From Octopus vulgaris (taxonomy: Eukaryota), in assembly GCA_951406725.2 (NCBI GenBank), contig OX597815.1:54064001-54128000 (forward strand): a stretch of DNA of 64,000 nt, written 5' to 3'. Of this stretch, positions 26,690-38,369 are shown one piece after another. The position numbers and the translations under genes are program-made. The notes beneath the pieces were generated by a model. The model ran no database searches and was not told the DNA's origin. It was given only the letters and a program-made list of their open reading frames with translations. The stretch's first letter is position 1; each line of letters opens with the position of its first letter.

Positions 26690-28034
26690 ATTCAACAAAA
26701 TATTAAGGAATGACCCTGAGAAGGTCGTTCGACTCACTTGAAAAGAGCAGCTAAACTCAAAACCGCAAAAAATAGTAGTAATTCTGAAACTAGAGGAAAA
26801 TAAAAAACATTTATCCCCTTCAAACTTTGCAGGGTACAAAGTTTGAAGGGGATAAATGTTTTTTATTTTCCTCAAGTTTCAGAATTACTACTATTTTTTG
26901 CGGTTTTGAGTTTAGCTGCTCTTTTCAAGTGAGTCGAACGACCTTCTCAGGGTCATTCCTTAATATTTTGTTGAATGTATCATATAGTCTGTGACTATTT
27001 CTATTTTCTCACTTGACCGCTGGTGGCAGAAAATTTTTCTTGAATTTTCTGTTACCCTTATATTGATTGATTAATGAATTTTTGACTAATTCTGAAATTT
27101 GTATCAGCAGCTTATATTTGCTGAGGATTAGATGGCGCGATTACGGTGAATCCGAAAATTTACGATATATAGACCCGAGGCTTAGATGGTGTAGCCTCGT
27201 GTATATATATCTGCTTCCTATTTTGGTGACTTTGCTGACGAGACAAGCCAAGCGTAAACGGATTTAATTTAATTTAATTAAATTTGATTGCGTGAAGATG
27301 TTGAAACCTTGCAGGGTACAAAGTTTGAAGGGGATAAATGTTTTTATTTTCCTCTAGTTTCAGAATTACTACTATTTTTTGCGGTTTTGAGTTTAGCTGC
27401 TCTTTTCAAGTGAGTCGAACGACCTTCTCAGGGTCATTCCTTAATATTTTGTTGAATGTATCAAATAGTCTGTGACTATTTCTATTTTCTCACTTGACCG
27501 CTGGTGGCAGAAAACTTTTCTTGAATTTTCTGTTACCCTTATATTGATTGATTAATGAATTTTTGACTAATTCTGAAATTTGTATCAGCAGCTTATATTT
27601 GCTGCGGATTAGATGGCGCGATTACGGTGAATTCGAAAATTTAGGATATATAGACCCGAGGCTTAGATGGTGTAGCCTCGTGTATATATATCTGCCTCCT
27701 ATTTTGGTGACTTTGCTGACGAGACAAGCCAAGCGTAAACGGATTTAATTTAATTTAATTAAATTTGATTGCGTGAAGATGTTGAAACCTTGCAGGGTAC
27801 AAAGTTTGAAGGGGATAAATGTTTTTTATTTTCCTCTAGTTTCAGAATTACTACTATTTTTTGCGGTTTTGAGTTTAGCTGCTCTTTTCAAGTGAGTCGA
27901 ACGACCTTCTCAGGGTCATTCCTTAATATTTTGTTGAATGTATCAAATAGTCTGTGACTATTTCTATTTTCTCACTTGACCGCTGGTGGCAGAAAATTTT
28001 TCTTGAATTTTCTGTTACCCTTATATTGATTGAT
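26690..28034 (+). repeat. About 2.5 x 481-bp near-identical tandem array with a 140-bp inverted arm (PLE pLTR/retrozyme-like)
   Basis: GCAGGGTACAAAG recurs at 26829, 27311 and 27792; 26690-26829 is the reverse complement of 26837-26976; flanked by (TA)n on both sides. Confidence 0.93.
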
Positions 28035-28045
28035 ATATATATATA

Positions 28046-28358
28046 TACTTGTGTCAATCCTTTGACTGCGGCCATGCTGAAGCACCGCCGTTAGTCGAGC
28101 AGGTCAACTCTTTGTAAGCCTAGTACTTATTCTACTGGTTCTCTTTTGCTGAACCGCTAAGTTACTGGGACGTAAACACAACAGCATCAGTTTTCAAGCG
28201 TTGTTCAGGGAACAAACACAGACACACAAGCATACACACGCATACATACATACATACATACATACATACATACATACATACATACATACATACATACATA
28301 CATACATACATACATACATACATACATACATACATACATACATACATACATACATACA

Positions 28359-28392
<34 letters not shown>

Positions 28393-28513
28393 CATCTACC
28401 AAAAATTCACTCACAAGGCTTTGGTCAGGCCTAGGCTATAGCAGAAGACACTTGCCCAAGGTGCCACGCAGTTGGAATGAAAAAGCTACTTACTACACAG
28501 TCACTCATGCGCC
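28046..28513 (-). mobile_element. SINE family A with an expanded internal (CATA)n
   Basis: Same blocks as 11663-12060. Confidence 0.85.
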
Positions 28514-28571
28514 TATATATATATACATGGGTATATGTATGTTTATCTGGATATGTGTATATATATATATA

Positions 28572-28800
28572 TTTCTTTACTACCCAAAGGGGCTAAACAT
28601 AGAGTGGACATACAAGGACAGACAAAGGGATTAATTCGATTACATCGACCCCAGTATGAAACTGGTACTTTATTTATCGACTCCGAGAGGATGAAAGGCA
28701 AAGTCGACCTCGGCGGAATTTGAACTCAGAACGTAACGGCAGACGAAATACGGCTACGCATTTCGCCCGGCGTGGTAACGATTCTGCCAGCTCGCCGCCT
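28572..28800 (-). mobile_element. SINE family B, full length
   Basis: Head GGCGGCGAGCTGGCAGAATCG (A box) and GAGTTCAAATTCC (B box); very similar to 36598-36826. Confidence 0.85.
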
Positions 28801-30744
28801 TTATGTGTATATATATATATATGATATATGTATATGTGTGTATGTGTATATATGTATGTGTACGTATATAGTTATGTATATATGTGTGCAGGTGTGTTTA
28901 TATGTATATTTATGTGCACATGTATCTGTGTGTCTTTATGTGTGTGTCTGTGTATGCGTAAACATTTGAATTTGTATACATGTTGAATAAATAGATAAAT
29001 AAATGAATAAATAAAGTGATATTAATTTTTTCTTAAAAACTGAAATATTAATAGGAGCATAAGGTTCTGGTAAAATTTTGAAATTACAGACGATGACATG
29101 AACATTTTTTTCCTTGTAGTATTTATCCAAATTTTATAACATTCTTTAACGTAGTTTTATTTGAGAGCAAATTTTGTTATTAATACTGAATGATTTGTAA
29201 GTTTTTATCTGAACTTAATGGCTTTTAGCTTTAAATTAGTATATTAACAAGGATATTTATAATATTGCTGTGGATTAATAAATAACTTTAGTATTAAGCA
29301 TCATAACATATTTGACTTAAGTGTAAAATATATCATTATATTCGTAGTAACATTTAAGATAAGTTTTTATTATGCTATCATCTTTATATAAAATGATTGT
29401 GAGTGTATAAATTAAATTTGATAATAATAGTATATAAACAATTTGATAAAAGGCACTATTATGACTAAAAGCATGTCTATTGTAAGTACGTATTTCCAGT
29501 TATTTTTTCCGTAAGCAATGAATGTATACATTTATAAACATTGATTTACAGTGGTTATTTTCCTCTGATAAACTAAGTAAATTTGTGTTTTCGCTTGTTA
29601 ATTACTAAGAATAATGTTTATATTCATGCGCATAAGTAGATTAGAATAATTCTTGAATATAATTGCATACAATTTTGAATAATTATGCATATCTGAATAT
29701 TTCTTGTAGAGCTTATAATGTTTAGTATATATCATCATATTATGTTCTTTCGAACTTATATGCACATTAAAATTATAGAAGTATAAAACTATTGGCTTAC
29801 TCTAGTATATATTGTTCTGTAAAACTAAGTAAAATTTTGATACTTTATTTATTTATATATTATCATTTTTATGTAAGAAATACTATAGTATGTAATAATC
29901 GTAACTTCATGCATTTCTTTTACATCGGCGTATTTGGAAGAAACTTTTGAATTAATGAATCGTTGAATAAAAGTTTTTTAATGAATATAATATATCCGTA
30001 TTTTTTAATAAAATATATCCATATTTTTTTTCATAATAGTATGTAGAAGTTTTAAAAGAATTTTAAAAAAATATATATCCTACTCCACCTTAATTCCTTA
30101 ACATATTTCATATATTTTATTATATAGATTATATATAATAAAAAGGTATAGTGATTATTTTAGATAAAAATATGGGGATTATTAAAGGTGCATAAGAATA
30201 TTTTATGATCGTTGTAATTATTTTCTTTCTTTAATTTATTTGATTTATTTGATTTTTGGGGTTTTTTTTATTATATTTATTATATTTTTAAATTATTAAC
30301 GCTCACGCTTGTAAACGTAGTTATATTTTAAATCAATTCCTTTCATGCTTTAGTAGTCCTTATATGAATTTTTTGTCTATTTTTAAGACAAATATTACCC
30401 AGACGAGACTCATATACATAAACATGAATTTTTATAAATTCACTAGCGGACATGAATCGAAACAAATTGTAGGATATATGTTTGTTTTAATTAATTGTAT
30501 TATATTTTATTATATTATTTATAGTATAATAAAATTATAAATTATATAATAGTCTTAATAAATTTTTAATATCTGAACTGTATTTCTCTATTTCCTTTAA
30601 TGTTTTACATTGAAATTTTACCACTTTAAGTTCTGATTTTTTTGTCTACTATATTGTGGTATTTGAATGAAAAACCAGTGAAAATTGGATGTTTTCTATG
30701 CCTTTGAAAGAAATCAATTTTTCTTGGGATTGAATTATATATAT

Positions 30745-30826
30745 AAATCCTTAAAATCCTTTAAAATGTTTTAGCCCGAAGGCCGCGGCCATGCTGGGGC
30801 ACCACCGCTGGGCATGCTGGGGCACC

Positions 30827-30827
<1 letters not shown>
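30745..30827 (-). mobile_element. CR1-type LINE/SINE 3' tail fragment
   Basis: The reverse complement GGTGCCCCAGCATGGCCGCGG..CTAAAACA(TTTTAAAGGA)n matches the tail at 20135-20195. Confidence 0.65.
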
Positions 30828-30844
<17 letters not shown>

Positions 30845-30858
<14 letters not shown>

Positions 30859-31068
30859 TTGTCTGTCTTTGTTTGCTTCCCACCACCGCTTGACAAATGG
30901 TGTTGGTTTGTTTACATTCCCGTAACTTAGCGGACTGGAAAAAGAGACGATAAAATAAGTTCAAGGCTTAAAAAATAATCACTGGGATCGATTTGGTGGC
31001 TACACCTTTACCAAGCACTGTCCCAGTTTGACTGCAGTCAAATGACTGAAACACTTAAATGATAAATG
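30845..31068 (+). mobile_element. SINE family A, 3' half
   Basis: CGCTTGACA..CCCGTAACTTAGCGG..CAGTCAAATGACTGAAACA tail. Confidence 0.75.
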
Positions 31069-31077
31069 ATATATGTA

Positions 31078-31954
31078 CAGGGTGCAGTGAATAAATTGTC
31101 GTCCGAATTACGCAAAAATGAAAATAACATGACATCTCATTATAACAGACTTATATACCAAAATTACATAAATATATGTTGACATACTAAAGAGTAAATT
31201 TACTCAATAAAAGCGCCATTGGCTTCAACCACGGCCTCCAGACGACTTCGGAACACTTCTCCTGCAACTTTTCTGGTCAGTCTCCCAGATTAAGTTGGTG
31301 AATGATGACCTAATTCTTGCTCTTCAGTTCATCTTTGGTGTTACAAGGAGTTTTGTTGGTCTCTCGCTCAACATAATAATCAAGGGAGTTGCAGTCTGGG
31401 GATTTAGGTGGTCGGATATTAGAGGTGATGTGGTCGCAGAAAATGCCTGACAGCCATCATCGGGTTCTCCTGCTTGTGTGGCATGGTGCAGAGTCCTGTT
31501 GCCAGGCAAAGGGTTTTCTAGTAGCTACCTTCTTGACCAAGAGCAGCACCGCCTCCTCCAGGGACTTGATGTAGGCCTCCGTGTTGAGTCTAAGACTGTG
31601 TGGGAAAAAGAACGGAGGCATAACGTTACCATCACTAGTAGTCACTCCGAGTATCATGATGTTAACTTCATGTTTGATTTTCTGACTCTCAGTACATGCC
31701 CTCAGATTGCACTGTCCTTAGATTGACGCCCAAACACGCTGAAATGTTTGTATTGGAGGTTCCGGCGCGAATGCCAAGCACTACAGCGTGTCCTTTTCAA
31801 ACTGGCAGAGAAAATTGCGTCACGGTGCTGTTTTTCTCATAGACGGTGCCCAACAGACCCTGCTTTACAGTGTAGTCGATAAAATCTAAAACAAACTAAA
31901 CACATTCACGAAATTAAAAGTATAAAATGGCGACAATTTATCCACCGCACTTTG
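31078..31954 (-). mobile_element. Internally deleted Tc1/mariner-superfamily (maT/DD37D-like) transposon
   Basis: TA-flanked imperfect TIRs CAGGGTGCAGTGAATAAATTGTCG / CAAAGTGCGGTGGATAAATTGTCG; transposase motifs SDGNVMPPFFF, WQQDSAPCH and PPKSPDCNSLDY. Confidence 0.85.
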
Positions 31955-33543
31955 TATATATCTATATGCTTGTATATTTTGTATACGTACGCACAAACAC
32001 ACACACACACGCACATACATAGACGCACGTACATACAAACACACATACATACATAGATCGTACAGAAGGTGGCATAAAGGGGTAATAAGGAAATTTACTG
32101 GATCAATGAAAAGACATTAACCATTTCATCAGCTGTCAACTTCATCGGTACGATTTCGTCTCTTCTGAAAAGTTGGTCCCTCCAAGGATACCAGCAGTAG
32201 TACATTTGAGCTTTGTGAAAATATACGCGAAGATCGAACCAAGCCGGGAATGTCGTGAGTATACTATGTTGGAAAGGAGAAAATTACAAAGTGATACAAA
32301 CTGAGATTATATAAGGTCTCGCAGCCGAAACAATATATTGAAGACAAGTTACGCAAAGAGCAGAAAAGACAGAAATAGAAACTAACATACCAATAAAAAA
32401 TATGCATTGTCTTCCGACGTAAACCATAAATTTCATTAATTTGCACAAACAACTCATGAAGGTGAGTAGAGAGTTTTATGGCTTTAGAAATAGCAAATCA
32501 ACAGAGTATGAAAAGCCATGCAGCTGCTGCTATGGTTAAGTGAGGAAATGACTTAGCCAAAAAAAAAGCGTGTTTACTAAGAGAAAGGTGGTGGTACGTT
32601 GTGGTGAGAATTGAGAGGAAGTCTCAAATATAGAATAAAGATAGACAGAGAGAAATGGGCTGTACTTGGGAAAAGATAAAATGACTCGTCTCATCGACTG
32701 AGAAAATTATTCCCTTCCTTATTTCCAAAAACTTTCAATTCTTTCACTCCTCAACTACTTTATAAATTCTGAAATTTGAGGCCTGAAATTTGAGGGAGGG
32801 TACAAGTTGATTACATCGACTCCGTTGTTTCAGTGGTACTTAAATTATCAACCCCGAAAGGATGAAATGCAAACTTATCACTCCCAACTGACCAATTTTT
32901 CTTCGTTTCCTCCTTTATACACAACAATGTCAAAAGCATGTAGATCACTAGCACTCATCACCTCACTTTCCAGCCTATTTCCGACACCACTACCAACACG
33001 CCTCCCTCCGTATCCTTCTCATATTCTCATCTAACTCCTACCATTACCCTGCACCTCTCTCACAATCCACCACTCTGCAACAGGACATTCACATTATAAC
33101 CTCAAACAATGAGACACAGAGACCCAGAGCAGCATTGAGGCGCATTTCTTATGCCATATCAATTTGTACTGTGTCACAATACTGAAGAAACACCAAACAG
33201 CCTGCATTAATGTCTCCTCGGGGACACTGCAGCGTCCTGAACTCGTTACCGTAAGTTTAAACACTTCAAAATGTACAAGTGCTTAAAAAGAATTAATTTT
33301 ACCTGAGTTAAACTTTCAACATTTCGTCAGATAATCGGCCAAGATGAATCTATTATGAAACCAACAGAAAAAGATTGGCACACATTTACAAGGCAGAGGT
33401 ATTACCACTGCTAACAACACTGTCATCTATCAACTCAAAAGACGCAATCACCATTGGCCACTCTGGGTTATTTCCCTTAGTTCATTTACTTCTTAATCAT
33501 ACTGATTTTCTTTCGTCTCAAATTATCGCTTCTCTTTTAATAT

Positions 33544-33584
33544 ACTAACATTATGACCCGTCGTTGCCGGGTCATAGTGCTAGT
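33544..33584 (+). mobile_element. Helitron 3' terminus (hairpin + CTAG^T)
   Basis: ATGACCCG-tcgttgc-CGGGTCAT followed by AGTG-CTAG-T. Confidence 0.6.
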
Positions 33585-34779
33585 GCATGTATATATGTGT
33601 ATATATATATGTGTACATATTACATGTACATCTATATACATATCTACACATAAAATACAAAATACAAAGTTATATCTTGATATCGCTAGTGATAACAATA
33701 CTCAAAATATATAACAGACTGGAATTTTAGGCTCGTCTCTTGCAATTTCGATCATTTGTATCTTGTCCTCCCTCTTGTATAGAAGTGTGGCTACAATCCA
33801 GCCTACCTCTACTTCGGGGGTGGGGGGGGGAGGGCATTTAAAATTTTTATCCGGGACGTCCTACGTCCCAGATATAAAGGTAAAAATAAAATATTTCCAC
33901 TTTGCATGGTTAGAGTCGAGTACTCCCTTGCACGCTCCGTTGACTCGAACCTTGTTTCTATTGTTGCGAATTTACTGCCTCTGGTTAGATATCTTTCATA
34001 GTCGCTTCAAGACACTTTTCGATGGGGCCTTCCTCCAGGTGTTCGAATCTTTTTTTTTTCTCTACATTGTATACTTTATAGACAATAGTCTTTTCTTTGA
34101 ATTTTTTATTTCGTTTGGTGGTGTTATCCTAGATTCACTGTCTTTGTCGGTGATCAATCCGAAATAGGTTTGTATTTCTACCATTTTAATTTTAATGAGT
34201 TCGCTCCCGCCGACGGCTGCAGCGAAATTCATTTTTGGACTTTCTTCTATAGAAGGCATTCTAACAAAAATGCTTCCGTGTAAACAGTGAAAATATAGTC
34301 AATTTCCCGAAACAGGGACACAATTCCATTTTTAAACAATAACCAAAGCTCCTTCTCCCAAAGAGGAAGGGCTACAGTTTACAATTATTTAACAAATGCA
34401 ACACAACAACGTTTCTATTACGAGGAACCAACAAACGTGATAACAATAGTTAAACAGTAACAATAATAACAACAAACCTTACGGTGAATCAAAAAGCGGT
34501 ACGCAGTTGATTTAATTTAATTTATTCCCATTCATGTGAAACCACTTATTCAAGTTCAAGTCATTGATGCAATTTTATACCAATTGCTATTTTTACTTTT
34601 GTTATGTTACGATTATATTATATTTTAGTTTGATTTTAATTATTACTTACTACATATAATTCAATTGTTATTATTATCTCTAACTTTTATTGTTACAGTG
34701 AAAGTATCTGACATAAAATAGAGAAATGATTTTGTTTCACTTTTAACACGTAATACTGAAATAGTGGAGAAGATATGAT

Positions 34780-34959
34780 ATTGCTATGGGCTCGCCCTAG
34801 GCAAGAAGTTGAACATGTTTTACCCATGAAACTATATGGACCCTAAGTAAGGCATGTGTAAAATTTGAATGAAATTGGTTGTGTAGTTCTCAAGTTTTAG
34901 GGAAACACACAGACAGACAGACAGACAGACACACATTATCAGTTTTATATATAGAGAGA
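34780..34959 (-). mobile_element. Helitron 5' terminus (extent leftwards unresolved)
   Basis: Minus strand A^TCTCTCTATATATAAAACTGATAA(TGTC)n..AAAACTTGAGAACTACACAACCAATTTCA, the same style as the confirmed 5' ends at 40421 and 58646. Confidence 0.6.
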
Positions 34960-35326
34960 TAGCTAAATCTTATCGCTAGCTGAATTCTCGATATGGCAAA
35001 TGATGTACTAATTACAGTATAATGTAGAAACATGAGTTCAGAGTTGTTCTAGAATACCCTCTAGAATATCAAATGTCTTTTTCATTAATTTTGGATTCTC
35101 TGCGATTAATTCACCTTTCCGTTCAAGGTCCGGGTTAAAATCCGCTGCATATATCTATCAACTGCTCAAATAAAAAAGATATCTTGTAATATATCAAGAA
35201 TTTATCTTTCACACACAATCGCACATTACACATACTCGCACCCACACATATATCTATGTCTATATTTATATATCTGTCTGTCTGTCTATCTATCTCTCTC
35301 CCTCTCTCTATCTATATATCTATCTA

Positions 35327-35374
<48 letters not shown>

Positions 35375-35411
35375 CCTTTCTATCAATCTTTCTATCTCTC
35401 TTTCTCTCTCT

Positions 35412-35471
<60 letters not shown>

Positions 35472-35972
35472 GAATGAATATGCATATGTCAAAATATATA
35501 GAAGCAATTACATACACATCTTTCATCTTTCCTTTGCCATACACACACACACACACACACACTCAGACATATATATATGTACATACATACAGAGATACTG
35601 GGAGACAGAGGGAGAGAGAGAAGGATAAAGAGAGAAAGAGAAAGAGAGAGATGCATACATAGACAGATAGAGTGAGAGAGTGAGAGACAGAAATTGTTTC
35701 TGCATTCAGAAATAGTCATGTAGCCAAGCCGAGACAGCGTCGTCATGGTTTTAATTTGTGGGTTTGAAAAAAACAGGCTAGTGCATATTTTATCGATTCA
35801 TATCTGAAAAATTTTCATCCTACGTTTTTGGTACCACTCCCATTATGTCTTTTAAAAGATAACGGTTTTATATAAAGACGATCAAGGTCGTGCACATAAA
35901 TAAGTACGTATGTATATATGTATGCATGTATGTACACTTCGTGTATATATATATATATACATAGACACACGC

Positions 35973-36063
<91 letters not shown>

Positions 36064-36139
36064 TATGAATATAAGGATGTTATTATAAAAATAACATCAC
36101 AAGTGGCAAGCGAATTATTAGCCGTACAGTCAAATTAAT

Positions 36140-36468
36140 AAAATATATACATAAAATACCAGATATGTACATATATACGCAAGGCTACTACATGAGAACC
36201 TATATAGCCAATGACAGAAGTAAAAAAATATTTCTGTACCACCGAAAACTCACAAATCTATTACAGACAAGATAGGTAAAAATATCAGTGAACAATAATG
36301 TCTTACCTCAAATGGGTCAGAACAAGTAAATGCTGGTCAACTCGTAATAGATTTGTGACTTTTCGGTAGTACAGAAGTATTTTTTGACTTCTATCATTGG
36401 CGATATAGGTAATCATGTAGGTGCCCTTGCGTATATATGTACATATCTGGTATTGTATGTATATATTT

Positions 36469-36470
<2 letters not shown>
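36140..36470. repeat. Inverted repeat, arms of about 125 bp (36140-36263 and 36345-36470) with a spacer of about 80 bp
   Basis: AATACCAGATATGTACATATATACGCAAGG..TCACAAATCTATTAC is mirrored; a related stub lies at 37195-37258. Confidence 0.85.
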
Positions 36471-36550
<80 letters not shown>

Positions 36551-36565
36551 CGTATAGATTTATAT

Positions 36566-36597
<32 letters not shown>

Positions 36598-36599
<2 letters not shown>

Positions 36600-36826
36600 C
36601 TCTACTACCCACAAGGGGCTAAACACAGAGGGAACAAACAAGGACAGACAAAGCGATTAAGTCGATTCCATCGGCCCCAGTGCGTAACTGGTACTTAATT
36701 TATCGACCCCGAAAGGATGAAAGGCAAAGTCAAACTCGGCGGAATTTGAACTCAGAACGTAACGGCAGACGAAATACGTCTACGCATTTCACCCGGCGTG
36801 CTACCGTTTCTGCCAGCTCGCCGCCA
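36598..36826 (-). mobile_element. SINE family B, full length
   Basis: Same sequence family as 28572-28800. Confidence 0.85.
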
Positions 36827-36837
36827 TATATATATAT

Positions 36838-37134
36838 GTGGAGGCGCAATGGCCTAATGGTTAGGGCAGCGGACTCGCGGTCGGAGGATCGCAGTTTCGA
36901 TTCCCAGACCGGGCGTTGTGTGTGTTTATTGAGCGAAAACAGCTAAAAGCTCCACGAGGCTCAGGCAGGGGGTGGTGATCCCTGCTGTACTCTTTCACCA
37001 CTCTTTCTCCCACTTTCTTCTGTTGGCCTGCTCGCTTAGCCAGCGGGGTGGTGTCGTTCGAAGGCTAAAACAATGCGAACGCATTGTGACCAGCGATGTG
37101 TAGCAACATCTGGTGGTCTTGTCGATCACGTGAT

Positions 37135-37140
<6 letters not shown>
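36838..37140 (+). mobile_element. tRNA(Arg)-derived SINE (family C; resembles octopus OR-type SINEs)
   Basis: Head GGCGCAATGGCCTAATGGTTAGGGC..GACTCGCGGTCGGAGGATCGCAGTTTCGATTCC resembles tRNA-Arg; (GATCACGT)n tail. Confidence 0.75.
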
Positions 37141-37185
<45 letters not shown>

Positions 37186-37399
37186 ACCGACGGCACTTTT
37201 AAAATACCATCACTAGTGGCTAGTGAATATCAGCCGTACAGGCAAATTAATATATACATTTAATTTAAGACAAGTACTTAAATATATCTATACACTGCTG
37301 TAGCGTGAGATTATCGTCTCTCCAAAGCACAGCCGTAGTAACTGCATTGTTTCTCATGCTGTATTAGCAGTTGACCCGTCTTGCTTGAGCCATGTGTGA

Positions 37400-37530
37400 G
37401 GTCTACTGGGAATAGCCTTCATGTTCCCCAGATCTGACTAGCCCGATTTTTTCTTGTTGGGATACCTGAAAGAGTATGTTTACGTCGACAAGCTAGAGAC
37501 CCTGACACAACTGAAAGAGAACATAATCTA
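37400..37530 (+). pseudogene. Tc1/mariner-superfamily transposase C-terminal fragment
   Basis: PSCSPDLTSP/DFFLLGYLKEYVYVDKLETLTQLKENI (cf. WPPRSPDLTPLDFFLWGYLK..VY). Confidence 0.65.
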
Positions 37531-38065
37531 CTGTTTATGTTATACATTTATATTTATACACAAACATAAAGGGACTCATACACAAACATTTATACACACA
37601 TATAGAACTAATTACAATCAATCTTTTAAATTTAATTATTTTTGCCTCTTAATTTTTTTCTACAGCACCAATACTGTCGTGATTTTCAGTAACGGATGCT
37701 TATCAATTAGATCATTCGAGAAAGCTTAAAAGTGTAATTATTCTAATTCGTTTTCTAAAACATTAGAACTACGAAGGCTTAAACACAAATTTAAGCAATA
37801 CTTCATTTCCAGTTTCACACACAAGCATACACATACGCGCGCGCACACACTCATTTATATCATCACGTACTCGTGAAATCTAAATTGGGTAACCTTTAGG
37901 TAACTGATGTCGTTTTTTCACCAGTTCTTAGGCAGTTTGTATTTTTAACTTGGAATTTGCTACCTCGGGATAGAACATTCCCTAACCAACATAAACTTTC
38001 TCACACATAACGCTTGTATGTTTTGAAATTGTTACTTTCCCAAATAAAGTACACTTCATATTTAA

Positions 38066-38143
38066 GACTCTGATGAAACTACAGGATATCCTAATACTCA
38101 ACTAAGAGTTCACCACATCATATAGCAGAAACAACTGTAAGCT
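38066..38143 (+). ncRNA. Hammerhead-like motif with an extended stem II (PLE 3' end remnant)
   Basis: GACU-CUGAUGA(38070)-AACUA...UAGCA-GAAA(38128)-C-AACU-G-UA-AG; stems are imperfect. Confidence 0.4.
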
Positions 38144-38265
38144 AATGAAGTTCATTACATAACTTATGGGTTTTTCCCGTGTCACCTCCTTAATTTACAT
38201 ATATGTGTGTGTGTGTGTTTGTGCAAATGTATATATGTGTGTGTATGTGTGTTTATGTATTTATG

Positions 38266-38326
<61 letters not shown>

Positions 38327-38369
38327 ATGTGTGTGTGTGTGTGTGTATAAACATAAATGTATATAAACA

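Noticed and set aside
28965-30740. Possible mitochondrial insertion (NUMT; rRNA or control region)
   Set aside because: Only the base composition fits; I could not find convincing conserved 12S/16S motifs, mitochondrial tRNAs or mitochondrial ORFs.
36838-36915. Functional tRNA-Arg gene
   Set aside because: The acceptor and anticodon stems are imperfect and the sequence continues into a SINE body and tail.
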